Shown here piece after piece: positions 15,675 to 26,761 of a stretch of DNA of 64,000 bases. Location of the stretch: positions 1,011,575 to 1,075,574 of the forward strand of contig OZ243964.1 of the NCBI GenBank assembly GCA_965214635.1, in the 5' to 3' direction. Position 1 is the stretch's first letter. Every line of letters begins with the position of its first letter. Both the position numbers and the translations under genes were made by a program. The notes below the pieces were generated by a model. That model was not told the DNA's origin and searched no databases. It worked only from the letters and a program-made list of their open reading frames with translations. This DNA is from Dehalococcoidia bacterium (lineage in GTDB: Bacteria > Chloroflexota > Dehalococcoidia > Lucifugimonadales > JADFKI01).

Positions 15675-16835
15675 TCAATCCCTAAGCAACCCCGGCAGCC
15701 GCCTCAACGCATCAACATCCCGCGCCGAAGCATGAAAATCCAAATACGGCAACACCGCCCGCAAACTCCGCGTCAGCGGCTCATAATCAGCGCCCCCCAA
15801 CAGCGGATTAAGCCACACCAACCGATACACCCGTCGCCGCATCCGACGCGCCTCCCGCCCAAGACGCTCCGGCTCACCAGTATCCCAGCCATCGCTCAAC
15901 ACAAACACCGTCGTATCCCGACCCAGCACATACTCATACCGACCATTCACATACGCCAACGCCTCCCCGATGCGCGTCCCGCCCGACCACCCAGACACCA
16001 CACCCCCAACACGCTCCATCGCCTCCACAAAAGACGGCGCACCCAACTCCCGAGTAACACGCCGAACCATCGTACTGAAAACGAAAGTCTCCACCCGCCT
16101 CGTATGCTGTGCCACCGCAAACACAAGCTGCAACAACAACCGCACATGCCGCTCCATAGAACCGCTCACATCCAACATCACCAGCAAGCGCGGCGTGCGC
16201 GGAACACGGCGCCTGCGCGGCAAAACCAACGGCTCACCCCCGCTGCTCATACTCAGCCGAAACGCAGCGCGCAAATCCGGACTACCCTTACGCCGATGCC
16301 GCCTCCGCCGCCGACCCGGACGCACCGACATCGCACGCGCCATCCGCGCCGCAATCCGCCCCAGCTCATCCAACTCATCCGCACGCAACACCGTAAGATC
16401 CCGTTTAGACCGCACATGCCGAGCACTCGCACCCCTCCGAACCATCTGCACAAGCGTATTCTCAGAACCCTCATCCTCATCCGGCAGCAACGCAGCGCTC
16501 GGCGTCCGCCGAAAATCCTTAGCGCCACCAACAAGCCCATCATCCCCCTCTATATGCGGACGCAACAGCAACGGCTCAAAGTTCCAAAACCGCTCAAACA
16601 CCGCATCATATATCGGAATCTCATCCCGCCGAGACAACAGCAGCGACCGCAACGCCCAATACACCCGCCCCCTATCCATCACATCCACAGCACTCATAGC
16701 CCGCAGCGTATCCGCCGTCTCCGTAGGCCCCACCAGCAGCCCGTGCGAGCGCAGCACACGACAAAACCGCGTCAAATGCGCCACAAAATCATACCCGCCC
16801 GAAGCCTGCCCAAGTCCGTCGATGCCGTTAGTCAA
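15675..16835 (-). CDS. VWA domain protein, CoxE-like
   Basis: LLVMLDVSGSMERH (MIDAS DxSxS), GGTRIGEALAYV, TTVFVLSDGWDTGEPE, RLVWLNPLLG. TTG start. No CoxD/MoxR partner is adjacent. Confidence 0.85.
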   Translation of the reverse strand: MTNGIDGLGQASGGYDFVAHLTRFCRVLRSHGLLVGPTETADTLRAMSAVDVMDRGRVYWALRSLLLSRRDEIPIYDAVFERFWNFEPLLLRPHIEGDDGLVGGAKDFRRTPSAALLPDEDEGSENTLVQMVRRGASARHVRSKRDLTVLRADELDELGRIAARMARAMSVRPGRRRRRHRRKGSPDLRAAFRLSMSSGGEPLVLPRRRRVPRTPRLLVMLDVSGSMERHVRLLLQLVFAVAQHTRRVETFVFSTMVRRVTRELGAPSFVEAMERVGGVVSGWSGGTRIGEALAYVNGRYEYVLGRDTTVFVLSDGWDTGEPERLGREARRMRRRVYRLVWLNPLLGGADYEPLTRSLRAVLPYLDFHASARDVDALRRLPGLLRD

Positions 16836-16949
16836 CTTACCCTTACAGCCACATCCTTAATCAGAATTATCGAAGACACGAGCATACCCGCCATCTCTCC
16901 GCCCCGGCCTAGAGTCACGGATTTTGACCATAAACCACACTCCACCCAC

Positions 16950-17750
16950 TCACCCTACTATGTCACAACCCAAAAACTGCCGACCCATCATCTTCGCTGC
17001 ACTCAACACAGAATAGCTCCCAGCCGCCGGATCCAGTACCACATCGCCCGGATCCGTTACCGCTTCAATCAACGCCGCTTGCAGTTCTACAGGCTTCGGG
17101 TGAGCATGACGGTCTCTAACAGCCAACTCACTCCACACATCCGGGATATTATGGCGTTGCCACACACCCTTTGCACGCTTAGGAGGTTTCTGAGCTATCA
17201 CGAGGTATTCCGCTTGACGGCGTGTCCGATAACCCATACCCATGCGTCCCTTGTCCCATGTAACAAGGTCAACTATCTCCAATCCATGCATTTCCAGCCA
17301 CCCGCGTACACCGGTACAAAAAAGATGAAACTTGTCCACCCAAAGCATCAGATGACCAGACGGAGTGAGCACCTTTGAGATGCCATCTATAAAACGCAGT
17401 ATCGTGTCTTCATTCATCTGTGGCAACGCAGACCGCGCTCGCCCGCGGCTGACGCCTTCATTGCCATACTGCATCTTGTCCAGTATCCCTCGATACTGGG
17501 GATCAAAGAAGCACACCGGCACAGAGGCAGACTCCATTGCTCCAAGCAAGTCAAGCCCGTCGTGCCGGTTGCGTTGGTTTAGAGCCAGCGGCAACTTGCG
17601 CTGGCTCACCTCATCGAACCCAGTACCAACCGGGACATCCCTAGTCGTAGAGAAGACATTCATGGCTATTACGCTTAATTCCTCGCTACTCCATCCGCGA
17701 GCCGCCCCAAGCGCGAGACACACCCGCCGCCGTCGGCTCCACGATGACAT
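16950..17750 (-). CDS. orphan beta-class N4/N6 DNA methyltransferase
   Basis: CFFDPQY (DPPY-like motif IV) precedes [32 protein letters not shown] (motif I region). The likely true start is ATG 17663, which removes the overlap with the upstream gene. Confidence 0.8.
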   Translation of the reverse strand: MSSWSRRRRVCLALGAARGWSSEELSVIAMNVFSTTRDVPVGTGFDEVSQRKLPLALNQRNRHDGLDLLGAMESASVPVCFFDPQYRGILDKMQYGNEGVSRGRARSALPQMNEDTILRFIDGISKVLTPSGHLMLWVDKFHLFCTGVRGWLEMHGLEIVDLVTWDKGRMGMGYRTRRQAEYLVIAQKPPKRAKGVWQRHNIPDVWSELAVRDRHAHPKPVELQAALIEAVTDPGDVVLDPAAGSYSVLSAAKMMGRQFLGCDIVG

Positions 17751-19326
17751 TCACCACCGCCGGCTTGCCGCTAGCAAACGCCCGCTCCAGCGCAGGGCGA
17801 ATCTCGTCCGGGTCGCTAACCTCTTCGCCGTGTGCGCCCAGTTCGCGCGCCATCCCATCGAAATTGGTGAACCCAAGCTCGCGCCCCGGCTTGCGCCGAT
17901 CCGGTGTCCGCGCCGTCCAGCCAGCGTTATTGCTAATAACCGTAACCACCGGCAGATTGAAGCGCACGCAGGTATCGAGTTCCATCGCGTTCATCCCCAT
18001 CGAGCCGTCGCCATGCAGCACCAGCACCTGCGTGCCCGGCTTGGCTATCTGCGCACCAATGCCATAGGGCAACCCCACGCCCATCGTGCCAGTTACACCA
18101 CTATTCAGCCGATGCCCCGGCACATAGGTTGGCAGCGACTGCCGCCCGAAGTGCAAAATCTCATTGCCATCGACGCACAGGATAGCGTCCCGGTCAAGGA
18201 AGTCGCGTATCTCTTTGCACAGTCGCAGCGGGTGGATAGGCGTCTGGTCAGAGTTCAGCAGCTCCCCCTGTTGGTTAGCACGCCGGTCATTGTCCGACTG
18301 CAAACGGCTAATCCAAGGCGACTCCAGCCTGCCCCCGAAATCTTCAGGGCGCGCCTCCACCTCGCCGACCATCTGCCCAAGCACCGCCTTGGCATCACCC
18401 ACGATACCCAGATCCACATCACGATTGTGGGCGATTTCACCCGCATCTATGTCTATCTGCACCACCTTCGCCGCACCGAATCGCTGCCCGTAGTTAATCA
18501 TCCAGTTCATCCGTGTGCCGATGACCATAACCAGATCCGCCTCGCGCAGTGCGGTGCTGCGCGCCCCTTGGAACGAAACAGCGTGATCCTCGGGCACCAA
18601 GCCGCGCGACATCGGCGCAGTGTAGAACGGCGTGCTAGTCAAATCAACCAGCTGCTCCAACTCAGGCGCAGCACCGGCGAAGAACACCCCACCGCCAGCG
18701 AATATGACCGGACGCTCTGCGTCAGCCAGCATATCCACCGCCTCTTTGATTGCTGCCGCATCGCCCGCAGGCACCGACTTGCGAACAGCGCGGGTCGGCT
18801 TTACCGCCGAATCCTCCTCCACCTCTTCGTACAACACATCAGCCCCACAGTCGATGTACACAGGCCCCGGCCTGCCAGACAACGCCTGCCTATAAGCCGT
18901 GCTGACGATTTCAGGATAGCGCGCCGCCATCGTGGGCCTATGCCAGTACTTGACGATAGGCTCCATGATGCGCTCTTGATCCACCTCTTGGAAGGTGTCC
19001 CGCCCGATCTCATGGACTGCGCTTGCGCCGCCGAGTATCACCATCGGAGCGCAGTCGATAGACGCTGCATAAACGCCAGTGAGCAAGTTCAGCGTGCCAG
19101 GGCCGCTTGCCGCCGTGCACACGCCGGGCTTGCCCGTTACCCGCGCATAGGCATGCGCCGCAAACGCCGCAGCCTGCTCATGCCGGAAGTCTATGGTCTC
19201 TATGCCGAAATCCTGACACCCCATCACGATGTCGAAATCCGGCCCGCCCATCAGGTAGAAGAGCTTCTCCACGCCCTCTTCTTTCAGCGTCTTCGCAATG
19301 AGATAGCTTCCCGTTACCTTTGCCAT
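17686..19326 (-). CDS. thiamine-diphosphate enzyme of the acetolactate synthase / oxalyl-CoA decarboxylase / 2-hydroxyacyl-CoA lyase family
   Basis: N-terminal TPP-pyrimidine domain ([12 protein letters not shown]...[24 protein letters not shown]), with a C-terminal [14 protein letters not shown] motif. Confidence 0.85.
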   Translation of the reverse strand: MAKVTGSYLIAKTLKEEGVEKLFYLMGGPDFDIVMGCQDFGIETIDFRHEQAAAFAAHAYARVTGKPGVCTAASGPGTLNLLTGVYAASIDCAPMVILGGASAVHEIGRDTFQEVDQERIMEPIVKYWHRPTMAARYPEIVSTAYRQALSGRPGPVYIDCGADVLYEEVEEDSAVKPTRAVRKSVPAGDAAAIKEAVDMLADAERPVIFAGGGVFFAGAAPELEQLVDLTSTPFYTAPMSRGLVPEDHAVSFQGARSTALREADLVMVIGTRMNWMINYGQRFGAAKVVQIDIDAGEIAHNRDVDLGIVGDAKAVLGQMVGEVEARPEDFGGRLESPWISRLQSDNDRRANQQGELLNSDQTPIHPLRLCKEIRDFLDRDAILCVDGNEILHFGRQSLPTYVPGHRLNSGVTGTMGVGLPYGIGAQIAKPGTQVLVLHGDGSMGMNAMELDTCVRFNLPVVTVISNNAGWTARTPDRRKPGRELGFTNFDGMARELGAHGEEVSDPDEIRPALERAFASGKPAVVNVIVEPTAAGVSRAWGGSRME

Positions 19327-19672
19327 TATGGATGCTCCTTAATAAATATCGATCGTCGGCTTCCAATGCCAGCAAGCCAGTCGCTCCTAGCCCGTGGCCA
19401 GCAGCCGTCAATGATTGCCTGTCGGTTATTAGCGGCTGTCCAACCCAAGACGCTGAAAGCCTATCACATTGCAGTTATTTAGCCAAACACCCAACTCACA
19501 GATGGAGCAGAATGAATATGCACAGCGCGGATGCCTCACAACCTGCTGATACTGCCGCAGCGGTGCGGGATGCTGCCCTCCACCACCTGCATGGAAACGC
19601 TACCATGCGGTGCATTGAAGTCCTTTTAGCTCGACATTCGGCAATCGCAGGCATGATGCTATGGAGCATCGC

Positions 19673-20401
19673 CTATGCGTCGGTGATTGCGCGGCGGGCG
19701 AGGCGGTCTTCCAGTGCGAGAGCGTCTCGCAGGGGCAAGTCGGAGCCGTCCCATATGGCGCGCTTGGCAGTTGCCACCACCGTCGGGGGCAGGGCGGCTA
19801 GCGCATCCGCCACGGCGTCGGCGGTTGGCATCAGGCGCTCTTGCGTGGTCGCGATGTGCACCAATCCGATGGCAAGCGCCTCGTCCGTCGCAATGCGGCG
19901 ATTGGACAGAACCACATCCATCGTGCGGGATGCGCCTATTACGCGTCGGAGGGTTTGAGTGCCGCCTGCAGCCGGTATCATACCCAGCGCAACCTCCGGC
20001 ATGCTGAACAGCGCGTCGTCCGCCGCGATGCGAATGTCGCAGAGGCAGGCGATTTCCACGCCAGAGCCGATGACATACCCGTGCATTGCGGCGACCATCG
20101 GCTTGGGCATTGTGGCGAACAAGCCCCATATGTCGCGTTCCCAGCGCACTTGGCGCGCGATGGCTTGCGATGGCGCGCTGCCAAACTCTGTCAAGTCCGC
20201 CCCCGCACAGAAGGCACGCTCGCCAGCGCCATTCAGCACGATTACGCGAACATCGGGGTCATCGCGCACGGCTTCAAGCAGCGTAACCAGCTCATCGCGC
20301 ATCTGCACATCATAAGCGTTCAGCGCCTGCGGGCGGTTCAGCATCAGGTACGCCACCGCCCCGCGCTTGGAGTATAGAACAGGAGGGTCAGCCATTGCCA
20401 T
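19673..20401 (-). CDS. enoyl-CoA hydratase/isomerase (crotonase) family protein
   Basis: LNRPQALNAY...VIVLNGAGERAFCAGADL...HGYVIGSGVEIACLCDIRIA. Confidence 0.9.
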   Translation of the reverse strand: MAMADPPVLYSKRGAVAYLMLNRPQALNAYDVQMRDELVTLLEAVRDDPDVRVIVLNGAGERAFCAGADLTEFGSAPSQAIARQVRWERDIWGLFATMPKPMVAAMHGYVIGSGVEIACLCDIRIAADDALFSMPEVALGMIPAAGGTQTLRRVIGASRTMDVVLSNRRIATDEALAIGLVHIATTQERLMPTADAVADALAALPPTVVATAKRAIWDGSDLPLRDALALEDRLARRAITDA

Positions 20402-20411
20402 TCAGTGCATA

Positions 20412-21005
20412 CTATTCGGGCGGCTTCCAGATGAAGCGGATCTTTCGCTTTCGCAATCCGGCGATGGTGATTTCGCGCTCGTTTATCAGGGCGTCCACGG
20501 TTTGGCGCAGGCGGCGGGATGTGAGCGCCGAAAGCGCAGTCATCACCTTGTATCCGAGCGTGGGATACATCTCGAACGCGCGCTGCAGCATCCGCCCGTC
20601 GATGCGTATGAGCTTGCTCGACTCCCAAGCGCGCCCAGACAATGTGTACTTGTACGGTTCAGCAAGCGCAGACCAGCCGATAGCCTCGCCCGGATAGCAG
20701 AGGGTAATGGTAGTGTGGCGGGACTTGGCGCGCGGCGCACGGATGCGCTTTTGCAGCGCCACTTTGCCCTCCGTCAGCACATACAGGTGTGTGGCTCGCT
20801 GCCCCTCACCGATGATCAAGCCGTTCTCGATGACCTCAAAATCGGCGCACATCGGCATCAACACCAGAAGTTCGTCCTCCGTCAGCGCGCCGAAAAGTTC
20901 GCTCTTTTGGAGCAGGTCCAGATGTCTAATCATACGCTCCCTACACACCCATCTTTGCGTCAATGTTCCTTCAAGCTGCACCGCACAAATGCACATACTG
21001 AACAT
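20412..21005 (-). CDS. cyclic nucleotide-binding domain protein (no HTH)
   Basis: LFGALTEDELLVLMPMCADFEVIENGLIIGEGQRATHLYVLTEGKVAL. The likely start is ATG 20933. Confidence 0.75.
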   Translation of the reverse strand: MFSMCICAVQLEGTLTQRWVCRERMIRHLDLLQKSELFGALTEDELLVLMPMCADFEVIENGLIIGEGQRATHLYVLTEGKVALQKRIRAPRAKSRHTTITLCYPGEAIGWSALAEPYKYTLSGRAWESSKLIRIDGRMLQRAFEMYPTLGYKVMTALSALTSRRLRQTVDALINEREITIAGLRKRKIRFIWKPPE

Positions 21006-21159
21006 TAGGAAACTTGGGCAAATAAGTCAACATTGTGCCTATATTCACGATAGCGCATGCAACGACAGGATGGGTGTAGAATATGTACAAGTTTCTCAGC
21101 AATTCGTTGCTTGGGCTGACACACTGATAAACTAACGAACTACTTCACGGAGTGGCGCT

Positions 21160-22077
21160 ATGGACATCGGCTTCATCGGACTAGGCAATATGGGTGGCGG
21201 CATGGCGGCAAATGTGCTGCGAGCAGGACACTCGCTGAGGGTGCACGATTTGCAGCGGGAGGCTGCGACACCGCTGCTAGAGGCAGGCGCAGGCTGGGCA
21301 GACACGCCTGCAGAACTCGCCGCCGCAAGCGACATCGTGCTCACATCGCTGCCCGGGCCGCGCGAAGTGGAGGCCGTGGCGCTTGGCGAAGGCGGCGTGC
21401 TGGAGGGCATGCGCCCCGGCGGCGTGTACATAGATCTCAGCACCAGCTCGCCCACACTCATACGACGCATCGCAGCAGAGTTCGCCGACAAGGGCGTACA
21501 AGTGCTGGACGCGCCCGTCAGCGGCGGGCCGGTGGGTGCAAGCACGGGGCGGCTCGCCGTCATGGTCGGCGGCGACCGCGCAACCTATGAGCGCATCAAG
21601 CCCGCACTCGATGCCATCGGCGATAAGGTGAGCTATATCGGCGGCATCGGCTCCGGCTGCGTCGCCAAACTTATGCACAACTGCATCGGCTACGGACTAC
21701 AGACCATCGTTGCAGAGTGTCTCACGCTCGGCGTCAAGGCGGGGGTAGATGCTGCGCCGCTGTTCGAGGCAATATCCAACGGCAGCGTGGGGCGTGGTAG
21801 CACATTCCAAAACACATACCCGAACACTTATCTCTCGGGCAACTTCGACCCGCCTAGTTTTGCGCTGCGATTAGCGCACAAGGATGTGAGCCTAGCGATG
21901 GAGCTTGCGCGCGAGTACGGCGTGCCCATGACCGTCGGCAGCATCGCCTACCAAGAGCTGACGGCTGCGCTCAACCGCGGCTGGGGAGACATCGATTCAC
22001 GCGCAGCGATGCTATTACAAGAAGAGCGCGCCGGCGGCATAGAGGTGCGTCTGCCACAAGAGGACGGGGATGCCTAA
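21160..22077 (+). CDS. NAD(P)-dependent oxidoreductase, 3-hydroxyisobutyrate dehydrogenase family
   Basis: MDIGFIGLGNMGGGMAANV Rossmann motif, with a 6PGDH-like NAD-binding region and C-terminal helical domain. Confidence 0.9.
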   Translation: MDIGFIGLGNMGGGMAANVLRAGHSLRVHDLQREAATPLLEAGAGWADTPAELAAASDIVLTSLPGPREVEAVALGEGGVLEGMRPGGVYIDLSTSSPTLIRRIAAEFADKGVQVLDAPVSGGPVGASTGRLAVMVGGDRATYERIKPALDAIGDKVSYIGGIGSGCVAKLMHNCIGYGLQTIVAECLTLGVKAGVDAAPLFEAISNGSVGRGSTFQNTYPNTYLSGNFDPPSFALRLAHKDVSLAMELAREYGVPMTVGSIAYQELTAALNRGWGDIDSRAAMLLQEERAGGIEVRLPQEDGDA

Positions 22078-22960
22078 ACGCCGTAACCCAACATTCCGAG
22101 CCTTGACTACCCGTCAGCCCGCTCGTATCATCGCGCGCATGGACGATACCAATCTTAGCAGCGCAGAGGCTGTGAATGACGGAGCGACCGACCTCGACAT
22201 CTCCGCACTCGAGCACGCGCTCGCTGGCCGGACTATCGGCAGTCGCATACACCACTACGACCGCATCGGCTCCACGATGGACAAGGCGCGGCGGCTTGCG
22301 GCTGGGGGTGCTGCTGAGGGTGTGGTGGTCATCGCAGAGGAGCAGACGGCTGGACGCGGGCGCTTCAACCGCGCTTGGGTCTCACCGCGTGGCGAGAATC
22401 TGTCGCTGTCAGTCATCCTGCGTCCCAACGCTGCTGCGCTGCCATATATGAACATGGCGGCGACGCTGGCGGTGGCAGGCACGGTGGCAGACATCTCATT
22501 GCTGCAGCCCACCATCAAGTGGCCCAACGATGTCCGAGTGAACGGACGCAAGATTAGCGGAATCCTAATCGAGACTGAGATAGAGACGGGCGGAGGCGTG
22601 TGCGCCATCGTGGGTATTGGGGTCAATGTGAACTTCAACCCGTCGCTATATCCGGAGATTGCCGACATCTCCACTAGCTTGTTTCGCGAGACGGGAGAGC
22701 GTCGCAACCGCACACTCGTATTGCAAACGCTGCTGGAGCGCTTCGATGCCGCATACGCCGTCGTGCGCGAGGACGGGTCGCTGACGGTAGAGTGGGCGGC
22801 GCTGCTAGACACGCTCGGACGCCAAGTACGGCTGCGGACGCCGGGGGGCGTGGTTGAGGGCGTCGCCGAGGGCGTGGACGCCGAGGGCAGTCTGCTAGTG
22901 CGCCGCTTGGACGGCTCGCTGTTCACGGCAGTTGCAGGAGAGGTTACCTCACAATTGTGA
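22070..22960 (+). CDS. birA: biotin--[acetyl-CoA-carboxylase] ligase
   Basis: QTAGRGRFNRAWVSPRGENLSLSVIL, KWPNDVRVNGRKISGILIE. The likely start is ATG 22139. Confidence 0.9.
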   Translation: MPKRRNPTFRALTTRQPARIIARMDDTNLSSAEAVNDGATDLDISALEHALAGRTIGSRIHHYDRIGSTMDKARRLAAGGAAEGVVVIAEEQTAGRGRFNRAWVSPRGENLSLSVILRPNAAALPYMNMAATLAVAGTVADISLLQPTIKWPNDVRVNGRKISGILIETEIETGGGVCAIVGIGVNVNFNPSLYPEIADISTSLFRETGERRNRTLVLQTLLERFDAAYAVVREDGSLTVEWAALLDTLGRQVRLRTPGGVVEGVAEGVDAEGSLLVRRLDGSLFTAVAGEVTSQL

Positions 22961-23100
22961 GCAAGGGAATCCGGTATGAACACGAAGTGCCCGATGAAGC
23001 GTTCATGGTGGAGCTTCGGTAAAGCGCATTGGCGTCTATGCACGGCGTCATGAGGTTTCAGCCCGAATTCAACAAGTATGCATAATGTTTAGGGGAGAAA

Positions 23101-23904
23101 ATGCTGGAAAATCTCAGTTTGGACGGAAAGACGATTGTCATCACGGGGGGCGGCACAGGGCTTGGGCGCGAGATGTCGGTGACGATGGCGCGCGCCGGGG
23201 CAGATATGGTGATCGCATCGCGGCGGATGGCCCCCATAGAAGAGACAGCGGCAGCGGTTCGGGATGTGGGTAGGCGCGCCATCGCTGTATCCACCGATGT
23301 TACCGACTCGGCGCAGGTAGAGAGGTTGTTCGAGCGCGCGATAGACGAGTTTGGCAAGGTGGATGTGCTGTTCAACAATGCGGGCATCGTGCGGGGACAA
23401 GGGTCTATCCCAATATGGGACATCACGGACGAGGATTGGCGTATCGGCATCGACACGAACCTGACGGGGGCGTTCTACTGCACGCGGGCGGTAGCGAAGC
23501 ATATGATTGAGCGCGGGGGCGGTCGGATTGTGAATGTGTCGTCCGGGTTCGGGTTTCGCGGTGGGCGCGATAACTATATGTACGCCTGCGGCAAAGGCGG
23601 CATCGCGCAGCTGACTCGCACCATCACCACGAGCATGAGCCGCTACGGGATTACCTGCGCCTGCATCGTTCCGGGTTACATCCCGACTGAGGGGACGGCT
23701 GAGTCGAATGAGACACTGCCGCGTGGAGGGTTCATCCCGATGGGGCGCGTGGGCAGGCCGGAAGAGATGGGGCCGCTGGCGGTGTACCTAGCGTCGGATG
23801 CATCCGAGTACATGAACGGGGAGATGTTCGTCATAGACGGGGGCGGCTTGGCAGGCGGGTATGCGCCGACCGGGTATGCGCCAAACATCCCGCTCGTGGT
23901 TTAG
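23101..23904 (+). CDS. SDR family oxidoreductase
   Basis: TGGGTGLG, NNAG, YxxxK (YACGKGG). Confidence 0.9.
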   Translation: MLENLSLDGKTIVITGGGTGLGREMSVTMARAGADMVIASRRMAPIEETAAAVRDVGRRAIAVSTDVTDSAQVERLFERAIDEFGKVDVLFNNAGIVRGQGSIPIWDITDEDWRIGIDTNLTGAFYCTRAVAKHMIERGGGRIVNVSSGFGFRGGRDNYMYACGKGGIAQLTRTITTSMSRYGITCACIVPGYIPTEGTAESNETLPRGGFIPMGRVGRPEEMGPLAVYLASDASEYMNGEMFVIDGGGLAGGYAPTGYAPNIPLVV

Positions 23905-24090
23905 GCGGTGCAGCGAGACGATTGATATGCTTCATCTAGGGGCGATACGATAATGCTATATGTGTATCGCTCTTCATATCTCACAGGCAAGCCGGTGTAT
24001 CCAAGAAACTAGTGAGGCTGGCATACTAACAAGCTGACCGAATGAGAAACTGATGAACCGGCCAGCTAATACTTAATCGGAGAACGAAAA

Positions 24091-24849
24091 ATGCCAATTC
24101 TTGAGGAATGGGACCTGAGCGGGAAGGTTGCGATTGTAACTGCGGATAGACGGGGATGGACGCCATATCTGGCGGGGGCGCTGGCAGAGGCCGGCGCAGC
24201 AGTTGCAGTCGCAGGCTCGGAGCGTTCGGATGCGGCGGACGCTGCTGCTGCGGTGGAGCGGCAGGGAGGTCGGGCACAGGTCGTGCCCACGGACATTATG
24301 GACGCCGACTCGGTTGAGTCGATGGCGCAGAGCGTAGAGACCGAGCTCGGGCAAATAGACATCTTGGTGAACAACGCGCGGGCGGAATTCGGCAAGCCGT
24401 TTGCGGATGTGAGCGAATGGGAGTGGGAGACGCTGTTCGACTTCAATGTGAAGTCTATGTACTTGTGCTGTCAAGCAGTGGGCAGGCGGATGCAGGCTCG
24501 GGAGTATGGGCGCATCGTGAACATTGGCAGTGGGCTGATGGCGCGCGGGCTGTGGAACTCGGTGGCAGCGTGTGCGGCGCAGGGAGCAGTGCATCAGCTG
24601 ACGGCAGCGCTGGCGCTGGAGTGGTCGCGGCAGGGGATCCGGGTGAACGGCATCGGCGCAGGCTGGGTTACGACCGAAGAGCCGACTGAAGAGACGCAGC
24701 GCGAGCTGCTAGTGCGCTACCTGCCGCAGCGCCGCAAGGGACATCCAACGGATATTTGCGGGCTGCTGGTCTATTTGGCATCCGACGCATGCGACTTCGT
24801 TACCGGGCAGACGATATTCGTCGATGGCGGGGCGCTAGCGCATGCATAG
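24091..24849 (+). CDS. SDR family oxidoreductase
   Basis: Classical SDR length and layout, with NNA motif and C-terminal GQTIFVDGG. Confidence 0.85.
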   Translation: MPILEEWDLSGKVAIVTADRRGWTPYLAGALAEAGAAVAVAGSERSDAADAAAAVERQGGRAQVVPTDIMDADSVESMAQSVETELGQIDILVNNARAEFGKPFADVSEWEWETLFDFNVKSMYLCCQAVGRRMQAREYGRIVNIGSGLMARGLWNSVAACAAQGAVHQLTAALALEWSRQGIRVNGIGAGWVTTEEPTEETQRELLVRYLPQRRKGHPTDICGLLVYLASDACDFVTGQTIFVDGGALAHA

Positions 24850-25237
24850 GGAATACCGGGTCAATCCTGTGCAGCACAAGCCCTGTGTACGTTCAGCGCT
24901 GGCGCACGCATAGGCAATGCGGAGTAAACAGAGGCGGTGTTTCAGTCCGTCAGCTAATCTCTATCGTTCACTAGGCGGTCTATCGGTGCGTCTGGCAGAT
25001 ACCGAGTTAAGTCGAAAGGCTTGGATGTGGGTATCATAGGGGTGGCGTCATTCTAGCCTTCGCCTGAGGGTAGATGCGTTCTGTGAGGCGTGTAGCTGTT
25101 GGATATTGCGGGAATTGGAACGCCCCAAAGACCCTTTCGCATTTTGGGTAGCAGGTATAGAATAGCCCGTGCCGTTGGGTAGTATGGTTGCCTGAGTGGT
25201 GGACTGACACACTGTTCCACAGAAGACTGCAACTGCA

Positions 25238-26593
25238 TTGGTTAATCGCCGTCCGCGCGCCGTTCACACATTTGACGCATTTCTGAATGCGAACTACCGC
25301 CTGCTGTGGGTGAGCAACTTTTTCGCCTACATTTCGCGGTGGATGCAGATGACAATGCTGGGCTGGTTCGTGTACGAAGTTACGGACAGCGCGTTCTCGG
25401 TGGCGCTGGTGGGCTTTTCGGGAATGGGGCCGCTGGTAGTGCTGGGGGTGTTCGGCGGCGTGCTGGCAGAGCGCGTGGACAAACGGCGCTTGTTGCTTTG
25501 GACGCTGTCTGCCAATCTGATTGCGGCGCTGGCTCTGGCGAGTCTGATATTCACGGATCTTGCAACGGGCAGCTCGCTGCTGAAGTTTTGGCATGCTTAC
25601 ATCGTGATGCTGGTCGGCGGGATAGGCTGGGGATTGGATATGCCGTCGCGCCGTTCCATCGTTCTGGATGTGCTGGGCAGAGAGCGCGTGAACAATGCGG
25701 TTGCCTTGGATTCGGTGGGGATGCATTCTAGTCGCATGCTGGGGCCACTGCTGGGAGGCGGGCTAGTAACGGCGAGCCTCTTCGTGTTGTCGGATGGGTA
25801 CGGGCTGGAGGTGGGATATGCGGTTACGCTGGTGTTCTATGTGGTGTCGGTGGTGATGATGAAGGGAGTTCGGACGCCGGCGCGCGTAATGTCGGAGACG
25901 GCGACGGCGACATGGCGCGACATTGCTCGCGACCTCGAAGAGGGCTTCCGATATGTGTGCACGCAGAGCACGCTGCTTGCGGTGGTGCTCATCACGGTGC
26001 TCATGAACCTGCTGCTGTTCCCGTATCAGCAGCTGATACCGGTGATGGCGGCGGAGGTGCTGGTGGTAGGGCCAACGCTGATGGGAATGCTGCTGGCGTT
26101 CGAGGGGCTGGGGGCGCTGTGTGGCGCTATCCTGATTGCGTCCGCCTCGAACATGACGCATCACGGGCGAGTGTATCTGGGCGGGTCTATGATAGGGCTG
26201 GTGATGATGCTGTTGTTCTCGTTTTCGGAGTGGTACGGCGTATCTCTGGGGCTGATGCTGCTGCTTGGGCTTGGGACAGCAGGATTCGGGACAATGCAGG
26301 CGACCATCATCTTGCTAGTGGCGCGTGACGATATGCGTGGACGGGGGCTTGGGATTATCACGCTGGCAATAGGCGCTGGGCCCATCGGCGCACTGATGAT
26401 AGGGGCTGTCGCTGAAGCGACTAGCGCGCCGACGGCATTGACGGTGAATGCGGTGCTGGGGCTTATAACGGTCGGGCTGGTTGGACTGCTGATGCCGTCG
26501 CTGCGCGGCAGGATGGTGGCTGACGAGACGGCAGCGCCACACCCATCCTCTGCGCCTGCCGCATCGCCTTCGGTGAGCAAACGGCGTCTGTAG
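25238..26593 (+). CDS. MFS transporter
   Basis: About 12 hydrophobic segments and an MFS_3-like N-terminus (YRLLWVSNFFAYISRWMQ). TTG start. Confidence 0.85.
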   Translation: MVNRRPRAVHTFDAFLNANYRLLWVSNFFAYISRWMQMTMLGWFVYEVTDSAFSVALVGFSGMGPLVVLGVFGGVLAERVDKRRLLLWTLSANLIAALALASLIFTDLATGSSLLKFWHAYIVMLVGGIGWGLDMPSRRSIVLDVLGRERVNNAVALDSVGMHSSRMLGPLLGGGLVTASLFVLSDGYGLEVGYAVTLVFYVVSVVMMKGVRTPARVMSETATATWRDIARDLEEGFRYVCTQSTLLAVVLITVLMNLLLFPYQQLIPVMAAEVLVVGPTLMGMLLAFEGLGALCGAILIASASNMTHHGRVYLGGSMIGLVMMLLFSFSEWYGVSLGLMLLLGLGTAGFGTMQATIILLVARDDMRGRGLGIITLAIGAGPIGALMIGAVAEATSAPTALTVNAVLGLITVGLVGLLMPSLRGRMVADETAAPHPSSAPAASPSVSKRRL

Positions 26594-26761
26594 AGAATAC
26601 GCTTTTCGTCGCGTTTCCAGACCTAGCGCACACGCCCGGAGCTTGTTGTACTCACATCTACCCGTGTAAGCGCACTGTAACATCGCACTGACCAGAGCCA
26701 ATGATGTCAAGAACTACGGTGTCCGCAGAGCAGCCTGCAAGTTCTATGTATCCGCTTGCCT

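Noticed and set aside
15732-17378. 548-aa plus-strand ORF, the longest ORF in this area
   Set aside because: It lies antisense to the well-supported CoxE-like VWA gene and the methyltransferase. Its translation is a P/H/Q/R/T low-complexity string, as expected from reading a G-poor strand where stop codons are rare. It is an artefact of the strand asymmetry.
17365-19482. 705-aa plus-strand ORF
   Set aside because: It is antisense to a clearly recognisable TPP enzyme and has an Arg/His/Pro-rich nonsense composition. The same reasoning applies to other long antisense ORFs in GC-rich genes (for example 50490..51911, 52696..53520, 22255..23043, 38003..38905, 41362..42270, 43516..44403, 48365..49675).
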